Below, one piece after another: positions 27,808 through 39,077 of a stretch of DNA of 64,000 nucleotides; positions within the stretch are counted from its first letter, which is position 1; every line of letters begins with the position of its first letter. Below the pieces are notes generated by a model. It made no database searches. It was given only the letters and a program-made list of their open reading frames with translations, and had not been told where the DNA came from. Origin of the DNA: Candidatus Heimdallarchaeota archaeon (GTDB lineage Archaea; Asgardarchaeota; Heimdallarchaeia; Heimdallarchaeales; Heimdallarchaeaceae); assembly GCA_018238545.1 (NCBI GenBank), contig JABCTC010000006.1, forward strand, positions 32,001-96,000, written 5' to 3'. The position numbers and the translations under genes are program-made.

Positions 27808-29217
27808 TTGACGACAATGATGACTGTAGATCACCTTTCAGAAGAAAAGCAAAATTCTTTAGATTGGAAGCAGAATAATGATATTATTACAATACAAGTA
27901 TTCGAGATTAGTTTGAATAGGAGTCGAGATCAACTAGCAAATTTGTTAACGGAATTAAAGTCAAAAAACGTAATGTTTACTTTGAAAATAACAAGAAACA
28001 ACCTTTTTCTCTTGATTTATTCTCTGAACAATTCAGGAAATACAAACAAAGAAACTGGGTTGATAAATCATGTTGTGCAAACTTATTCTCTCAATGATAC
28101 AGTTAATGTAGAGGATTTTTTCATTCAAAATGTGAAGAAAGTAGTTCAAAAGGATTACATTCTACAATTCTTTCATGAAGGTGAAAAACAGTCCTATGCA
28201 CTAGGGCTTTTGCTTTCTTCAATAGATTCAGATTCTAATAGTTTTTTGAAGCATTTTACTAATTTCATGGTTAATCTTGTGAAAGCTGATATTTTCTCAA
28301 TAATTATTTCTTCTATCCCATCAATTGACAGAACAGCTTCAATACGCTCAAAATGGGCGCTAATGCTTCTCGCTCAATCTGATAACCGAATTCAGATAGA
28401 AAAAAAGGAAGAAACATTTCATCGTTTCCTAAATGCGAATTCATCAAAACTACATTGTAAATTATCATATATAACAAAGAAAGAATTCGTGAGGCACAAA
28501 ACAAATTTTAGATACCTTGTTCCTTGGCATTATCATAAAGGCGATTTTGCAGATAATATTGAGATAAACAAATTACTGATATTTGATAACAATTCTCTTA
28601 ATCCAACAGTAGAGCATTACACAAATACACTTAGTACAACCCAATCTACTCCAGTTAAAGAAAAACTAATAATCAAAGAAGCTCGGGTGGTTAAACGACC
28701 CTTTCCTTCTGTCAAAGCTTCAAAACCTAGCAAACACATTTCTCCCCCAGTAATTGTTGAAGCGGAGAGAAAACCCAATTTTACAAGAATGAAGAGGGAC
28801 AAATATTTGGTAAGTAATTTAGACGATATTTCTATTCCTATGCCAAAAACAATGAATGTTGTTTTTGATTTAGAGTATTTGAAGGTAAGAATTAGCAAGA
28901 TGTTTAAGGATTTCGAATTTAAAGAAACAGTGATTTTTGAGGATGATTTTGACTTGGTTCTTCGAAAAGGATCCTTTTATATATTTACTAAATTCTATAA
29001 GGAGATTCTAAATCAAGCTGAAGCCTATAAAATTATTGAACATTTAAGTAGTATAGCAGGGTTAAGGAACCAATTTTTATGTATTGTAGTTGCTGATACT
29101 ATAGAAGAAAAATCTATGAAGATTCTAAACGAGTTTAATGTGCTTCATTTAACGTTAAGTGATGTTTTACTTGAGGATACGCTGAAAAATAAGATTTACA
29201 ATACTATCTTAGCCTAG
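27808..29217 (+). CDS. Hypothetical protein with a possible C-terminal restriction-endonuclease-like fold
   Basis: 469-aa ORF with a Pro/Lys-rich linker before a compact domain containing FDLVLRKG...IFTKFY; fold call is tentative. Confidence 0.5.
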   Translation: MTTMMTVDHLSEEKQNSLDWKQNNDIITIQVFEISLNRSRDQLANLLTELKSKNVMFTLKITRNNLFLLIYSLNNSGNTNKETGLINHVVQTYSLNDTVNVEDFFIQNVKKVVQKDYILQFFHEGEKQSYALGLLLSSIDSDSNSFLKHFTNFMVNLVKADIFSIIISSIPSIDRTASIRSKWALMLLAQSDNRIQIEKKEETFHRFLNANSSKLHCKLSYITKKEFVRHKTNFRYLVPWHYHKGDFADNIEINKLLIFDNNSLNPTVEHYTNTLSTTQSTPVKEKLIIKEARVVKRPFPSVKASKPSKHISPPVIVEAERKPNFTRMKRDKYLVSNLDDISIPMPKTMNVVFDLEYLKVRISKMFKDFEFKETVIFEDDFDLVLRKGSFYIFTKFYKEILNQAEAYKIIEHLSSIAGLRNQFLCIVVADTIEEKSMKILNEFNVLHLTLSDVLLEDTLKNKIYNTILA

Positions 29218-29368
29218 AAAGATGGCTGTTTTTTACCACCTTTGTTTATAATGCTGCATCAATTATTGCGGATAATACAACTAGAAAACAGGGGAATGGC
29301 AGTTTCTTTCTTGTTGTCTTTTAGAATATTCTTACACTTCTAAGTATGCCTTAATAGAGTGATGAATA

Positions 29369-29440
29369 ATGATGAAACAAACATATGACCCTGAACCTGG
29401 CGATGACGACATAGGACCACCGTTGTGGTTTCCTAATTAA
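29369..29440 (+). CDS. 23-aa acidic Pro/Gly-rich peptide (not in ORF track)
   Basis: MMKQTYDPEPGDDDIGPPLWFPN; RBS-like GAGTGA at 29357-29362; in-frame stop just upstream; GC-richer than flanks; followed at once by a T8 tract. Confidence 0.6.
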   Translation: MMKQTYDPEPGDDDIGPPLWFPN

Positions 29441-29448
29441 TTTTTTTT
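29441..29448 (+). terminator. Oligo-T tract after the peptide gene
   Basis: TTTTTTTT directly after TAA, matching archaeal oligo-U termination signals. Confidence 0.45.
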
Positions 29449-29600
29449 CTTAATCTGTTTTGAATGGATAATTTATATCAATGGTTTTTACTTATTTATT
29501 ACCCGAGTTTATATATGAAATGTCGGATTAATTTATAGATAACTGTTGCGCGCATGTATTGAAAAAAATAATTGTGTAGTAAATCAGTTTTCAAAGAAGT

Positions 29601-31190
29601 TTGGTGAGAGTTGTGTTGGATTCTAATCTGTGGAACAAGATTAAATTAGTTAAAACAAAGGAAGATTTAAGACGTTTTATTGATGCCTTGAGAATTATTG
29701 CAGCTAATGAAAAATCAGAAGGAGTAAGAGATCTCATTAATGAAACGATTAAAAAATCTCTAGAAATTGAGGATGGTATTTCTCGTATTCATCTGTACGA
29801 ATTAGAAATAAAGCAGATTTTTCATCAAACTACAGAATTGCCTAAGGCCGAGAAAAAACTAATAAAAATGAAAAAACAGTCAATTGAGCAGAATTACAAG
29901 GATGGTTTAATTCTTAGCCTTTCAATTGAGTGGGGAATTGAAAAACTAAAGGGAAACAAAGAGAATAGTAGAAGAGCCATTACTCAATGCATGACTCTGT
30001 TAGGAAATAATAATGCTACCGACGAATATGTTTATCATATTTGCAGATACATTTATGCAACTGAACAGTGGATAGACGAGCACAACTACCAATGTTCAAA
30101 CATCCTTGAGGGGCTTATTCCTTATTTTCATCGAAAAGGTTTCCACAGAAGCATTGCACAAATTCTAGGAATGTTGTTAATTATATATCAACACACTCAA
30201 AATGAAGCAAAAGCAAGTTATATAAGCGAACAGTTATTTAGCAAAAAATACCAAATTAGTCAGCAATCTGATGATTTCCAAGTAATGTCTTATTATTTAG
30301 CTGGTGTAGGGCAATTATTGGGTCACAATTTGAAACAAGCAGAGAATCTGTTCAATGAATCTTATGTCTTGTTAAATAAACAACTACAGCAGAGCAGTTA
30401 CTATGCCTATTATTATATTAGATTATTATCCCATATTGCGATTGTTCAAGCTCTGCAAGGTAAAATTGCTCTTTCATATGAAAATATTGGAAAAGTTGAA
30501 AAACTGCTTGAAGATGATTTCTTTTCAAAAAATATGGACCCATATAGTAAGAAACAAGTTCCACACACTTTGAATTTAATCAAATTCTATGTAAAATCAC
30601 GTCTATATGGCTTCAAAACTGAGAATATTCAATAGCTTATAGGACAGATATGTAGAGGGATTGAAGGTAATTATAGTGATTCGATCCTTCTCAGTGAATT
30701 TATTCTGAATGCAGCATTAAATGAAAAACTGCTAGAAAAACTAATTGAATCAAATAACGCAAGTTTACTGCGAATTAAACACATCATAGAATATATGTTA
30801 CTAAAATCACAGAACAATGATGAAGATACTGTTGGTTCTTATAGAAACGCTCTAAATAGAAAATTGAAAACTAAACGGATTACTTTTATTGAACAAGTAT
30901 TTTCTAAGCTTCTACTTGCTCAAGAACTTTTCAGTAAGCAACAATATTCAGAAATCGCTCCTCTATTGAAGAAATACGAGCACAGACTACGGCGAATTGA
31001 AGTCCTGGAAATGCGGATTTTTATGGAAGCTTTTATCCAAGTAGGTGCATATAAGAACGGAGATCCGCTTGGTCCAGCTTTACAGTATATGGCAATAAAG
31101 AAATGTAGAGATTATGGGTTTTCTAGATTGGAAAACAAACTGCTAGATTACTTACAACTACAGCGAAAGGAGATAACAAGAACTAAATAG
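29601..31190 (+). pseudogene. TPR-like alpha-helical protein interrupted by one in-frame TAG (30633-30635)
   Basis: ORFs 29601-30635 and 30795-31190 are in the same frame and the intervening codons are open (LIGQICRGIEGNYSDSILLSEFILN...); TPR-like helix pairs such as SYYLAGVGQLLGHNLKQAENLFNES; probable start TTG 29616 after GGTGA. Confidence 0.75.
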
Positions 31191-31588
31191 GATTCAAGTG
31201 AGTTTTTCTATGCTCTTTGGATGTTTTTTGTTTGTCAAAACTCTTCAAGCTACAATGAAATCTTTCATGAATGAATTCCCAAAAAGAGAAGGAACTATGC
31301 AAGATGAAGAGTGAATCGAGTTTCGTTAAAGTTTGCTCAAGGGTTCCTTATCAATACTGATGTGGTTACAGCATACAACATATTAGTTAAAAACAACCTG
31401 AAAACACTATCTAAACTTATTGTAGACGGGGGTAGGGGGGATACGTGGTGTATCTATTCAGCTTTTGTCTAAGGCGATAGGAGAACAATAACCCATCGAA
31501 AATCTAATGAAAGCAGTATTTAATTTTTGTTTGAAAATCGTTTGATAAATTCACTACTTGTTTTCTGTATTACAGAAGATTATCAGTC

Positions 31589-32002
31589 ATGAAGAAAATA
31601 GTCATCATTATGGGGGAAGAATCAAAACTAATAACATCGTACATTGCTAGTATTGTTAAGAAATACTTGCCGAAAAATGAGGAAATCATTCACAGCGGTC
31701 TATTCCTATTATCTGCAAGAGAAGAACAATTGAAAATCCCAGATTGGTATTATAACGGATATTCAGTAATTTCAGAAACTGTATCAAGCTATCTCCAAGC
31801 TCTTTGCATGGAAAAGACTCTTACATTTACCAATAATGGAATGTACTTATTTATAGATGATCAGAATGCAATTCCAAGTGAAGATATAGAAACCGCTGTT
31901 TCTACTGTCGATAACATCTTACCAGATTGTGAATCAGGCATAAAAATAATAAAAAAAGCCAATAAAGAGTTTCAATTGAAACATATTGGCGCTGTCAGAT
32001 AA
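31589..32002 (+). CDS. Hypothetical protein, possible degenerate YwgA-like winged helix
   Basis: LFLLS...WYYNGYSVISETVSSYLQAL loosely matches the YwgA/DUF4065 pattern. Confidence 0.45.
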   Translation: MKKIVIIMGEESKLITSYIASIVKKYLPKNEEIIHSGLFLLSAREEQLKIPDWYYNGYSVISETVSSYLQALCMEKTLTFTNNGMYLFIDDQNAIPSEDIETAVSTVDNILPDCESGIKIIKKANKEFQLKHIGAVR

Positions 32003-32006
32003 TCTC

Positions 32007-33383
32007 CTAGTATGATGTTAAGGAAACATTTTTCTTTTTATCTTCTTCACTAGGTCGTATTTTTTTCCATATATCAGAGATGATCTTTGATTCATCTGGA
32101 TGAGCATAGACTCTCACAAGTGTGAACAACGAGCGATATGCTCTAGGGCCTGAGAATGTTGTAATATATGTTGTTGTATTAAGAGCCTCATTTAATGTAA
32201 AGGAACTACTTCCTGAGCGTATACGATCGTGAGGGTCGTAGATGTAAATGTTTGATGCTTGAAATTCTTGTTCGTTTATAGTTGAAAGTTTGTATGTAGA
32301 ATCTATCTTCATTTTGTTTTCAAGAACAATATTATTCTCTTTACAGTCTTGTTCGATTCTCTTAATAAATGACTCTTGAGCGGTTAGCTTACATAACCCT
32401 TCCACAGTAATTCCTAGATTTTCAGCTGTTGATTCATCGATTATTTTTTCCCAGACTGACTTATAGAGCCGTCTATCAAACAAATCCTTAGCTAATGATT
32501 TTGCTTTCTTGAGCTCATCTGAATCCTTTGAGAAGAGCTCTCCAAGTAGTGTATATTCATTTAGATAAGTATATTCAGCTAAATCATTAGTTCGGTCTAT
32601 AAGATTCAGTGGATCACAGGCTTCCCCAAGCATTTCGTGAATTGTGATATCAGCTGCCCTTGCAGTTTTATGAAAATAGACATTTTTATATTCGAAAAAC
32701 CTTCCAATCATTGATGAATAGATATCATCTAGACATTTCCAATTATAATGAATTGCATCTTTATCAAGGTGTTTTCTGATTGTAGTGTTATTGATAATCC
32801 TATTTACTGCAATAATTCCAAAGTGCAATGTTCCTGCAAAAAATGAATCTCTTAACATAAAATCTAAACGATCTGCACCTAAAGCTCCTTGAATAAGGGG
32901 ATGCATAAGATAGTTTTCACCATTCCAAATCTTCATTAGTTCCTTTGGATTTGTAAATTCTTCAATGAATGGGAGAAGAAATTCTGATACAATCATTTTA
33001 TCACGGTGAACATCGTGACCATGAGGTGCTTTTGGATATACTCTTTTAAAGACTACATCATCGTAAGTATGACTAAATGGACCATGACCTATATCGTGAA
33101 GTAATCCAGCTAAACGTGCTAACTGCACTTTTTCAACAACGTCTTCGTCCTCTCTAAAAACTTCTTCTGCATAACGACCAGCTAAGTGCATAACCCCAAC
33201 GCTGTGAGTAAACCTAGTATGAACAGCAGAAGGGTATACTTGACGAACACCCGATAATTGGCTAATCCATCTTAATCTTTGGAAAATCGGTGTATCAACA
33301 ATTTTATTTTCTAGGACCGTCATCCGTATTTCATCGTAAATGGGGTCTCTAATTGTGCGAACGAAGTTTAGAACGTCCTTCAT
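32007..33383 (-). CDS. HD-domain dNTP triphosphohydrolase-like protein (COG1078, YwfO/SAMHD1-like)
   Basis: IRDPIY, FQRLR.ISQL, HTRFTHSVG, LLHDIGHGPFSH, ADRLDFMLRD, VYFHK. Confidence 0.9.
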   Translation of the reverse strand: MKDVLNFVRTIRDPIYDEIRMTVLENKIVDTPIFQRLRWISQLSGVRQVYPSAVHTRFTHSVGVMHLAGRYAEEVFREDEDVVEKVQLARLAGLLHDIGHGPFSHTYDDVVFKRVYPKAPHGHDVHRDKMIVSEFLLPFIEEFTNPKELMKIWNGENYLMHPLIQGALGADRLDFMLRDSFFAGTLHFGIIAVNRIINNTTIRKHLDKDAIHYNWKCLDDIYSSMIGRFFEYKNVYFHKTARAADITIHEMLGEACDPLNLIDRTNDLAEYTYLNEYTLLGELFSKDSDELKKAKSLAKDLFDRRLYKSVWEKIIDESTAENLGITVEGLCKLTAQESFIKRIEQDCKENNIVLENKMKIDSTYKLSTINEQEFQASNIYIYDPHDRIRSGSSSFTLNEALNTTTYITTFSGPRAYRSLFTLVRVYAHPDESKIISDIWKKIRPSEEDKKKNVSLTSY

Positions 33384-33526
33384 ATCAATTCCTCTTTGTT
33401 TATCTATTTAATATTACAACCTTTTAATCTTTTTCCTCTTAACTAAATTCACGACAAAAAACATTTCGGCACCTCTAATGAGGAAAAGGCTCGCGAAACA
33501 TCTTTTTTTACTTATTAAAAAAGTGT

Positions 33527-33603
33527 TGGTGGACCGACCGGGATTTGAACCCGGGGCCTCTTCGTTGCGAACGAAGCGATCTTCCAAGCTGATCTACCGG
33601 CCC
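33527..33603 (-). tRNA. tRNA-Ala(CGC)
   Basis: Cloverleaf with the G3:U70 identity pair, anticodon arm CTTCG-TTCGCAA-CGAAG, A73 and CCA. Confidence 0.97.
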
Positions 33604-33721
33604 GCTTATTAACACATGTTATTATTTAATAGAATCTGAGACTTTAAATTGTCTAATTATGGACTCTATTGTGGCTTAAGCTTTATACATTGAGAAAAAG
33701 AAAGGGGGATTGTAGTTAAAA

Positions 33722-34135
33722 CTAAGAAACTGGTTTGACTCTCATGATTTTGCTTTTACCGAAAGCTTTCCAGTATTCAACTTCCGCTCCTTCTGTGATT
33801 AATTTTTTCAATTCTTCTTCAGTTGGAAATGCGGCTTCGAATGTATCGTAAGTTTCAAGATCCATTAATTGAATACTATCACTACCTATAGAGATAACCT
33901 GTGCATTTCTTTTGTCAATAATTGGGGATTGTAATTTGGTATCACCAGGAATAGAAATTTCAGTTTTGCTACCAGTAAAAATATTCTCAATCTTCATTCT
34001 ACACTTTGCATGTCCGTGTTTTCCTGTTTTTGATTTTTCGATTCCACGGACTAAAAAAACCTCACCATTTTGAATTATATGGTTACCTTCTTTGACTTGA
34101 CCTGCTTTAATATTCTCGACATCTTGTTCTGACAT
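33722..34135 (-). CDS. eif5a: Translation factor aIF5A/eIF5A
   Basis: Hypusination motif SKTGKHGHAK. Confidence 0.96.
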   Translation of the reverse strand: MSEQDVENIKAGQVKEGNHIIQNGEVFLVRGIEKSKTGKHGHAKCRMKIENIFTGSKTEISIPGDTKLQSPIIDKRNAQVISIGSDSIQLMDLETYDTFEAAFPTEEELKKLITEGAEVEYWKAFGKSKIMRVKPVS

Positions 34136-34363
34136 GTTTTCTCCTCTTCTTTATTTAATTTTGGTAAATGTTCTGAACGTTGATTTTACACATTACATAT
34201 GAAGGAGTACCACATTTGTGGTTGCTAATCCATGATTTATTTCAATATATTTAAAGGATTTTGTTTTTATTCTATTAATTATATCAATTTGTGATAAACA
34301 TTTCAATTTAAATGAAACTAGGATTCAAAAACAAATCAAATTGAATAAAAAGAAGAGATGAGA

Positions 34364-34807
34364 TTATCTCTGAGGTTTGGCTTTGCGTCCAGTTACTAAT
34401 TGACTAACAGCAATACCGTTGATATGTGTAACTTGCCATTTAACACCTGGAATATCTCCCATAGCTCCCTTTTGAGCTCCTCCAATACTGCATACAAGAA
34501 CCTCATCATGTTCATCTATGTATAAAAGCCCTCCATCATGAGGAACAAAAGCCCCAACCTGTTTACCATTTTTGGTTAATCTTACTCTAACGCATTTTCG
34601 TAATGCAGAGTTTGGTTGTTTACTTTCTACACCGTATTTTTCTACAACAATTCCTCTAGCAGCTGGAGCACCTTCTAATGGGTCTGTTTTTTTATCTAAT
34701 CTTAACATTCTTCGTTTGTAATGAATATCTTTCCAGCGAAAATGCTTTCTCTTATTGGATAGTTTTCGAGCAGCAAATTCTCCTTTTGGACTCTTTGATC
34801 CAGTCAT
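34364..34807 (-). CDS. rps12: 30S ribosomal protein S12 (uS12)
   Basis: [30 protein letters not shown]. Confidence 0.97.
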   Translation of the reverse strand: MTGSKSPKGEFAARKLSNKRKHFRWKDIHYKRRMLRLDKKTDPLEGAPAARGIVVEKYGVESKQPNSALRKCVRVRLTKNGKQVGAFVPHDGGLLYIDEHDEVLVCSIGGAQKGAMGDIPGVKWQVTHINGIAVSQLVTGRKAKPQR

Positions 34808-34953
34808 TTTAAATCACGTATTTTATAGGCTTTATTGCTCTTAAATTGTATTAAAGCTATTAAGCAATCATCCCTCATACACTTTTAATAAAAACTTTCT
34901 GTTCTTTTACTTCTACATGATAAAAAAAAATAGGCGCAAGAAAAAAAGTTTTT

Positions 34954-36162
<1,209 letters not shown>

Positions 36163-38859
36163 TTAATCTTCCTCCTCATTGTCAGCTTCTTCTGGATGCG
36201 TTTCTAAGATTTTGTTTACAATAATGGAAACGTTTACAGCTTTACCGTGATCACTTTTGGCTGGATCAACATTGTCCTCTCCATACAAGAATTGTACAAT
36301 CTCACCTGTGGCGTTTCGAACAGTTTTATCATAGCTTGATGATATGTCTTGTAGGGCATTTACCAGTCTTCTTTGCATATACCCACTCTGAGATGTCCGA
36401 ACGGCTGTATCAACTAACCCTTCTCTTCCACCTGCAGCGTGCATAAAGAATTCAACTGGATTTAAACCACTTCTAAAACTACTATCAACAAAACCATGTG
36501 CCTCAGCAGAAAGATCCCCTCGCTTAAAGAAGGGAAGAACTCTATCTCTATACCCGCGTTGGATTCTTTGACCTCGGACAGCTTGTTGTCCAACACAAGA
36601 ACTCATTTGTCCAAGATTTAACATGTTTCCCCTAGCCCCAGTTTTTGCCATGATTAAGGCCTCGTTTTCTGGATCAAGATAGCTTGCTCCTACATCTGAA
36701 GCATCGGTTCTTGCCTTTGCTAAAATTTCCATAATTCTTGCTTCTAGTGTTTCTTCTTCAGTACGACCTGCTTGGCGTTCAAGAGTCCCATCACCATATT
36801 TTTTGATGATATTTTGAACGTCCTTCTTTGCTTTCCCTAGAATTTCAGCAATTTTCTTATCAGCTTCCTTTGGAATATTGATGTCACTACCACTCAAACT
36901 AAAACCTCTAAGTGTGATATTTGTAATTAACATCCGAGTAACACTGTCAAGAAAACCTCTAGTGACATCTGCACCATACTCTTTCAGTATTCTATGAAGA
37001 ACACTATCTGGAACTTCTGCACCAAAAGCTTTTTTGTCAATAATACCAGAAACTAAGACTCCATCTCTAATCAGAATATAGCCCTCTATTTCGCATTTTA
37101 CCTTCTTACACGTTTCACGCTTTTCACAGAGGTTATTATACATAGTAAAATTGAACGTATCTGGAAGAAGAGCACTGAATAGCGTTTTTCCACTCCACAA
37201 TGGTTCACCGTTATCACCTTTTAAATCAGGTTTAGGAAGTTCTTCTAGACCTGCAGCAGTAATTAATTGGGCTGCTTCACTCTTTGAATATTTAGCATCT
37301 TTTCGAGTTAGGTAATATCCACTTGTAATAAAGTCTTGAATAGCTCCAATAATTGGTCCCCCATATCTTGGAGTACTTATTTGCTCTTGAACCCTCATCA
37401 AAATACGGGCCTCAGCTTGAGCTTCTTCACTTTGTGGAACATGAAGATTCATTTCATCTCCATCAAAATCTGCATTATATGGTCTGCATACTGGAAGAGT
37501 CAATCTGAAGGTTTTATATGGAACAACCTTTACTTCATGAGCCATAATACTCATTCTATGCAGACTTGGCTGTCTATTAAAAAGAACAACGTCTCCATTT
37601 CGTAAATGTCTTTCAATTATGAATTCAGGTTGAAGAGAATCGGCAACAGCTTGTAAGTTTCTTGCATATCGTAAATCTACTCTTCGTCCATCAGGTCGAA
37701 TTATATAATTTACACCTGGAAATGTACGAGGACCTTTCATTACAAGTTCTTTCATTTCTTCAATATTCCATTCTGTTATTCTTTCAGGGACAGTTAATAT
37801 TTCTGCAATATCTTTGGGAACTCCTACTTCATTAATGCTAAGCAAAGGATCGGGACTGATAACAGTTCTCGCACTGAAATCTACTCTTTTTCCGCTAAGG
37901 TTAGCTCTAAATCTCCCTTCTTTACCTTTCAATCTCTGTGTGATTGTTCTCAATGCTCTACCGCTTCTATGTCTTGCAGGAGGAATGCCGCTAATTTCGT
38001 TATCAAAATAAGTGCTTACGTGATATTGCAATAATTCCCATAAATCTTCTACAATGAGTTGTGGGGCACCGGCTTCACGGTTTTCTAATAATCGCTGATT
38101 AATTCTAATAATATCTACAAGTTTGTGAGTTAAATCATCTTCAGATCTAATACCATTCTCGAGAGTAATGCTTGGTCTAACACTTACTGGAGGGACTGGT
38201 AAAACCCAGAGTATCGTCCATTCAGGTCTTGCAACACTTGGTTTAATACCTAACAATCTACAATCTTCATTTGAAATATCCTTAAACCAACTATGAATAT
38301 CGAGTGGAGATAATTTATTTGTTTGTTTTTGACCTGTTTCCGTTTCGATTTCTTCGAAATAAGTTGTAGGTTTTTCAAGCCTAATTTTATTCTGAGGTTC
38401 ACTGCAATAAGGACAAGCATTCCTCTTTGCTGCTTTTTTCAGGATTTCCTCTACTAGATCATAATCAGGTAATCCCCATTGTTCCTCATATTCATCCATT
38501 TTTCCAGAAATTTCTGTAATTTCTTCTGGGTCAAGTAAAACTCTGTGACATGACCGACATGTTGCGCGAAGAACTTTGTAAAGAAGTTTATTAAAACCAA
38601 CATGAATGACCGGTCGAGATAATTCTATATGACCAAAGTGACCAGGACATCCTCCTACTCTAGCTCCACAAGTCTTGCACCTCTGACCAGGGTCAATAGT
38701 GCCTAAAAGACCATCCATTAAACCGGAGGTAATGGGAGTCCCGTCAGCATCGTAAGTATCAGGGGTGATAATGCGTTCAACTGATAATTTTCTGATAGTA
38801 TCTGGATCAAGAAGACCAAACCGAATTCCAGATATTGATTTATAGCTTTCTGAGCTCAT
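36163..38859 (-). CDS. rpoA1: RNA polymerase subunit A' (Rpo1N)
   Basis: CPGHFGHIEL, NLSGKRVDFSAR, catalytic YNADFDGDEMN, GREGLVDTAVRT. Confidence 0.98.
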   Translation of the reverse strand: MSSESYKSISGIRFGLLDPDTIRKLSVERIITPDTYDADGTPITSGLMDGLLGTIDPGQRCKTCGARVGGCPGHFGHIELSRPVIHVGFNKLLYKVLRATCRSCHRVLLDPEEITEISGKMDEYEEQWGLPDYDLVEEILKKAAKRNACPYCSEPQNKIRLEKPTTYFEEIETETGQKQTNKLSPLDIHSWFKDISNEDCRLLGIKPSVARPEWTILWVLPVPPVSVRPSITLENGIRSEDDLTHKLVDIIRINQRLLENREAGAPQLIVEDLWELLQYHVSTYFDNEISGIPPARHRSGRALRTITQRLKGKEGRFRANLSGKRVDFSARTVISPDPLLSINEVGVPKDIAEILTVPERITEWNIEEMKELVMKGPRTFPGVNYIIRPDGRRVDLRYARNLQAVADSLQPEFIIERHLRNGDVVLFNRQPSLHRMSIMAHEVKVVPYKTFRLTLPVCRPYNADFDGDEMNLHVPQSEEAQAEARILMRVQEQISTPRYGGPIIGAIQDFITSGYYLTRKDAKYSKSEAAQLITAAGLEELPKPDLKGDNGEPLWSGKTLFSALLPDTFNFTMYNNLCEKRETCKKVKCEIEGYILIRDGVLVSGIIDKKAFGAEVPDSVLHRILKEYGADVTRGFLDSVTRMLITNITLRGFSLSGSDINIPKEADKKIAEILGKAKKDVQNIIKKYGDGTLERQAGRTEEETLEARIMEILAKARTDASDVGASYLDPENEALIMAKTGARGNMLNLGQMSSCVGQQAVRGQRIQRGYRDRVLPFFKRGDLSAEAHGFVDSSFRSGLNPVEFFMHAAGGREGLVDTAVRTSQSGYMQRRLVNALQDISSSYDKTVRNATGEIVQFLYGEDNVDPAKSDHGKAVNVSIIVNKILETHPEEADNEEED

Positions 38860-39077
38860 TTTTAATCTCCAAAAACCTTTGAATCTCTACACTAATTTAA
38901 CATAATGTAGCTAACCTTATTTCTCGACCTTAGCGATTTGATAAAAATCTTTTGATTCTCAACCAGTAATAAAACATAGTACATTTTCTGATTTGGTTGA
39001 TTATACTCGATTAGAACCAATAGATTCGGTAACTACTTAGAATTTATTAAGTGGTTTTAGTATCGTATAAGTGTTAA

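Noticed and set aside
29369-29440. Peptide as a graspetide (RiPP) precursor because of its TxxxExxDxD pattern
   Set aside because: No ATP-grasp ligase or other modifying enzyme nearby and no leader region
29601-31190. Genome-wide TAG reassignment
   Set aside because: Several conserved genes in the window end at TAG at their expected C-termini
31210-31314. 34-codon ORF (MLFGCFLFVKTLQATMK...) after the TPR-like gene
   Set aside because: No convincing promoter or recognisable motif; size is compatible with chance
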